Of a stretch of DNA of 50,208 bases, positions 46,651 through 50,208 are shown piece by piece (within the stretch, counting starts at the first letter, position 1; the number at the start of each line of letters is the position of its first letter). Source of the DNA: Nemertoderma westbladi. Lineage: Eukaryota > Animalia > Xenacoelomorpha. A program made the position numbers and the translations under genes. The stretch covers positions 1 to 50,208 of the forward strand of contig JAUCBJ010000198.1 in NCBI GenBank assembly GCA_032718475.1, read 5' to 3'. A model generated the notes under the pieces. It searched no databases. It was not told the DNA's origin and saw only the letters and a list, made by a program, of their open reading frames with translations.

Positions 46651-46972
46651 CCGAACTGTAGTTACCTACAGACCCTCACTCTTCATTCAATACTCGTTCT
46701 GTCTCCCTTGGTGAATTTCACTCTACATTTCCTGGCTTGGCCTCCTGAGAATGCCTTCAGCTGCGGGGCGAAACCTACCGATCAGCTGGCTGCTGTCAGC
46801 TGATCACTGATTGCATGCAACGTCTAGGTCCTGTTGCTTTTTAGTTTTATTACCTACTTTGGTACTAACACACCTACCGGTAAGGTTTTTTACTTCAGGT
46901 GCTTGATAGATAATAAATAAATATGATTATTAATTGATTGTAAACCAGAATCGCTAATTTACCCAACCAATG

Positions 46973-47279
46973 CTTACCTCTTATGATACAAATAACTACG
47001 GTGGCTGATCTTTACCAATTAATTAATTTTTTTTTACTTTTTTTTTCAGAAGTTCTCCATGACGTCATAATTTATGGTCGACCAAAAATTAATTTATGGT
47101 CGACCAAATATTAATTTACGGTCGCCAAAAATTAATTTTTGGTCGACCATAAATTTTTTCCGGTTATTTTAACCCGAGGAACAGGAACTAGCCGAGGCGT
47201 AGCCGAGGCTTTCCTGTTCCCAGGGTTAAGTCTTTTGTCTTACCTCTTATTTGTCTTACCTCTTATGATACAAATAACA
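46973..47279. mobile_element. Small Crypton-like non-autonomous element
   Basis: 24-bp direct repeat cttacctcttatgatacaaataac at both ends; hairpin around ccgaggcgtagccgagg; repeated tggtcgacca palindromes. Confidence 0.4.
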
Positions 47280-47405
47280 CTCAGTTAAGGTGCAATCGTT
47301 AATAATTCAGCGATGTCTCTATTTATCATAACAAATATTTACATAAGTTAATCGGCAAATATTACAGTATATACAAATACAGCAACAATAATCAGGTCCG
47401 GCCAT

Positions 47406-47556
47406 TGCAGTCAGCAGAGTGCAGACAGCTCCGTGCAGACAGCTCCATGCAGACAACTCCGTGCAGACATACAGTGCAAACGGCACAGTGCAGACAGCAC
47501 AGTGCAAACAGCACAGTGCAGACAGCACAGTGCAGACAGCACAGTGCAGACAGCTC
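47406..47556. repeat. 14-bp minisatellite (gtgcagacagcaca)n
   Basis: About 10 degenerate tandem units. Confidence 0.9.
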
Positions 47557-48659
47557 CCATAATATACTGTACTTTGATTCTACGCATTCGGCCAAGATGT
47601 TATTAGGCTAAAGTCCGCCTTGCTGCTATTAGCAAAAACAGAACAATAAGATTTCGACAAAGCTGAGCCTAAAATAGTGAGAAATCATGACGGCATGGTT
47701 GCTCAGCAACTTCCAATAGAAAACTGCTGTGCGTCATTGTTGATACTCCAACAGAGAAAAGCTGAGCCAAGAAAATGAAAAGTAGATTTATTGGCTGTTT
47801 ATCTTTAGGTATGTACCGGAATCGAACACGACGGCGGGGCCTATGGATCTGACATTTGATCTGACTAGCTTATCGATACTAAAATGTGAATTTTAGGTCG
47901 CATAAGCTCTTACAAAATTACCTACCAGAATTCAGATACACATCAATGTATGGACCTTTAGTGAAAATTTTTGCTATTGGGGGTTTTATTTGCCGATCAT
48001 TTCAATTACGACGTCGGTTAGGCTATTGACTGCCTATTTACTATTTGTATGTCTGTCTGTCTGTTAAAATTCAAGAAAGTTAAAATTCACGAAATCTAAA
48101 CAGTCTGTCTGTTGGTCTGTCTGTCTGTCAAAAATTGAGAAATTATCCAAATTAACAAAATAATTCAATTCATGGGTTTTATTGGTCAGTGATTTCCTTT
48201 ACGATTTCTATTTCCATGTTTGATTGATTCTTTAAGTAATAATGTCATATTTTGAAAGATAAACAGACAGACATAGAGACGGACATACATACATACTAAC
48301 CAGGGGCGGATCCAGGGGGGGGGGGGGGTGCTTTTTTGAACTATGACTGTAAGCACTAGCGTATCGAGGGTGGTGGCCATGTGGCTATAGCCACCCCCTA
48401 GTAATATGGAAATATCCCTTGGCAGTATTATATCAGTTGTAGCCTTCTGGCTGGCCACAAATGGGAAATACATTGCTCTCTTGTAAGGAGAAGTAATTGA
48501 TTCGAGTCACAACTAATTATGTAATAGGGCATACAGGAGTCAGTGGGCTCTGTGCCATTTGCTGTACATTAGCTTGGGGTGCCTTGTATTCCGACAGCGA
48601 CAGACCACTAACAAAGTAAAGGTATACAATACATAGCTATACAATAATACATATACAAT

Positions 48660-50208
48660 AATTTTACAAGCTTTATGTGCCTGTTGTTTACAGTATGAGT
48701 CAAACTTGAGATCGGAACATATCATCAGACCCAAATCCTTGCATTCCTTTTCCTCTTTACGCGATTTCTCTCACAACTTGTATGACGCTTTCTGGTTATT
48801 CTTACCAACATATACCACGGAGCATTTGTGAGCAGCGACCGAGAGTTGCCAGTCGGCTACCCAGTCACCCAACTTTGACAGCGAACACTGTAATAAATGA
48901 CTCTCCTTTGACGGCGCATACAGTTTGACGTCATCTGCAAACAGTTTGCATGTAATAATATCAACTAGTTGTGGCAGGTCATTAATAAATATTAAGAACA
49001 GAACTGGCCCCAACACACTTCCTTGAGGTACTGGAAATGACGTCACATACCTTCGAGAAACAGGCACCAACCACGAATCTCTGTGTTCGGCCTGACAAGA
49101 ACGCTGCGATCCAAGCCAGTAGATTACCCCCGATTCCATAACTTGTAAGTTTAGAAATCAGTTTTGAATGGACTACGGAGTCAAACGCCTTTGCGTATGC
49201 TTTTATGTATATTATGTCAAGATTGTTCTTGTCATCAATTAGTTTAAGCCAATCAGCTGTGCATTCGAGTAGTTGGGTACATGTGGAACGTTTCTCTAAG
49301 AAGCCGTGTTGGGACCTTGATATTAATTTGTGCAGAAGCAAATAGCGACATATCTCATCCTTGATGCACATCTCCATGACTTTGCAGGCAATGCACGTCA
49401 GGGAAATTGGTCTGTAGTTGTATGCATTTAGAGGATCACCCTTCTTAAAGGAAGGAATAACGACGGCAGTCAACCAGACTAGTGGAAGAGAGTGAGATTC
49501 AAATGACGCTTTAAATATGGCCGAGAGCGGAGCGGCTAGGTTACATGCTAGGTTAGAGAATAATAAGCACGGGAATCCGTCCAGGGTGCGACTAGATTTT
49601 GGTTTCAGTTTTTTGAGCATTTTCAGCACAGTTACCGGATCGAATGGGACTTTATCGAGTTTCACATTTATAGGAACTTTTCGCGGCAATGGGTGTATTG
49701 TATTGTTATCAGATGTAAAGTTCTCAGAAAGAACATCAGCAAATATTCTAGCCTTTACAGCGTCATCAAGTATAATATCTCCATTATATTTCAGAGGTCT
49801 GATTCCTGAGTTTGTTTTTCGTTTCGAATTAACAAATTTGAACATGGAGCTACGGTCGCCCGACGTAAGTATTTTCGTTTCCCGGACACAAGCAGCGCGG
49901 AACACCGCCTTAGAGACTTCATCTGCGGCATATTTATACGCTTCTTTTCCACCAGGCAAATTTCTTCTTCTCCAGAGCAATTTCTTTGTGCGCTGCAGCT
50001 GATGTACATAAGCCGGATAATATTTTTTCTTTCCTGGGTTCGCGAATTTCTTAAATGGGATACAAAGATCAATACCTTTCTTCAATGTTGTACTGAATAT
50101 TTCCCAAAGCTCTGTTACTGAGCTACATGATGAAAATATATCCTTACAGTTAACAGTTCAAAGAAATAATCCAAACTGATTGTAAAAGCTTTTGTGGGAT
50201 AACTGATA
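48660..50208 (-). pseudogene. CR1-like LINE RT region, frameshifted
   Basis: YRPISLTCIACKVME, SQHGF, AKAFDSV, VPQGSVLGPVLFLIFINDL, KLFADDVKLY; runs off the window end. Confidence 0.9.

Noticed and set aside
48301-48330. caggggcggatccagggg hAT-MITE-like end
   Set aside because: No partner TIR or TSD found, so boundaries cannot be supported.

Overview
Repeat-dense eukaryotic (invertebrate-like) genomic window. The backbone is a tandem segmental duplication of a roughly 10 kb unit (homologous positions 1, 16356 and 42743; the third copy is truncated near 44577). The unit carries one real-looking gene: an intronless ~482-aa type II membrane protein with a DxD motif (glycosyltransferase-like), present in two near-identical copies. 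It also carries a 31-bp palindromic minisatellite, several MITEs and a 3'-truncated RTE-type LINE. Each copy holds different nested insertions, including two young non-autonomous BEL/Pao-like LTR retrotransposons (920-7878 on -, 23827-35998 on +, both with 5-bp TSDs) and a second RTE LINE. Decayed Penelope-like and CR1-like elements close the window. The most striking signal is that neither LTR element has a tRNA primer-binding site. In both, the 11 nt directly after the 5' LTR are complementary to an 11-mer inside their own LTR (11/11 and 10/11), which suggests Tf1-style self-priming in BEL/Pao-like elements. There is also a 43-bp LTR-terminal fragment inserted with its own 5-bp TSD. Family assignments rest on motif recognition by eye; no database searches were run.
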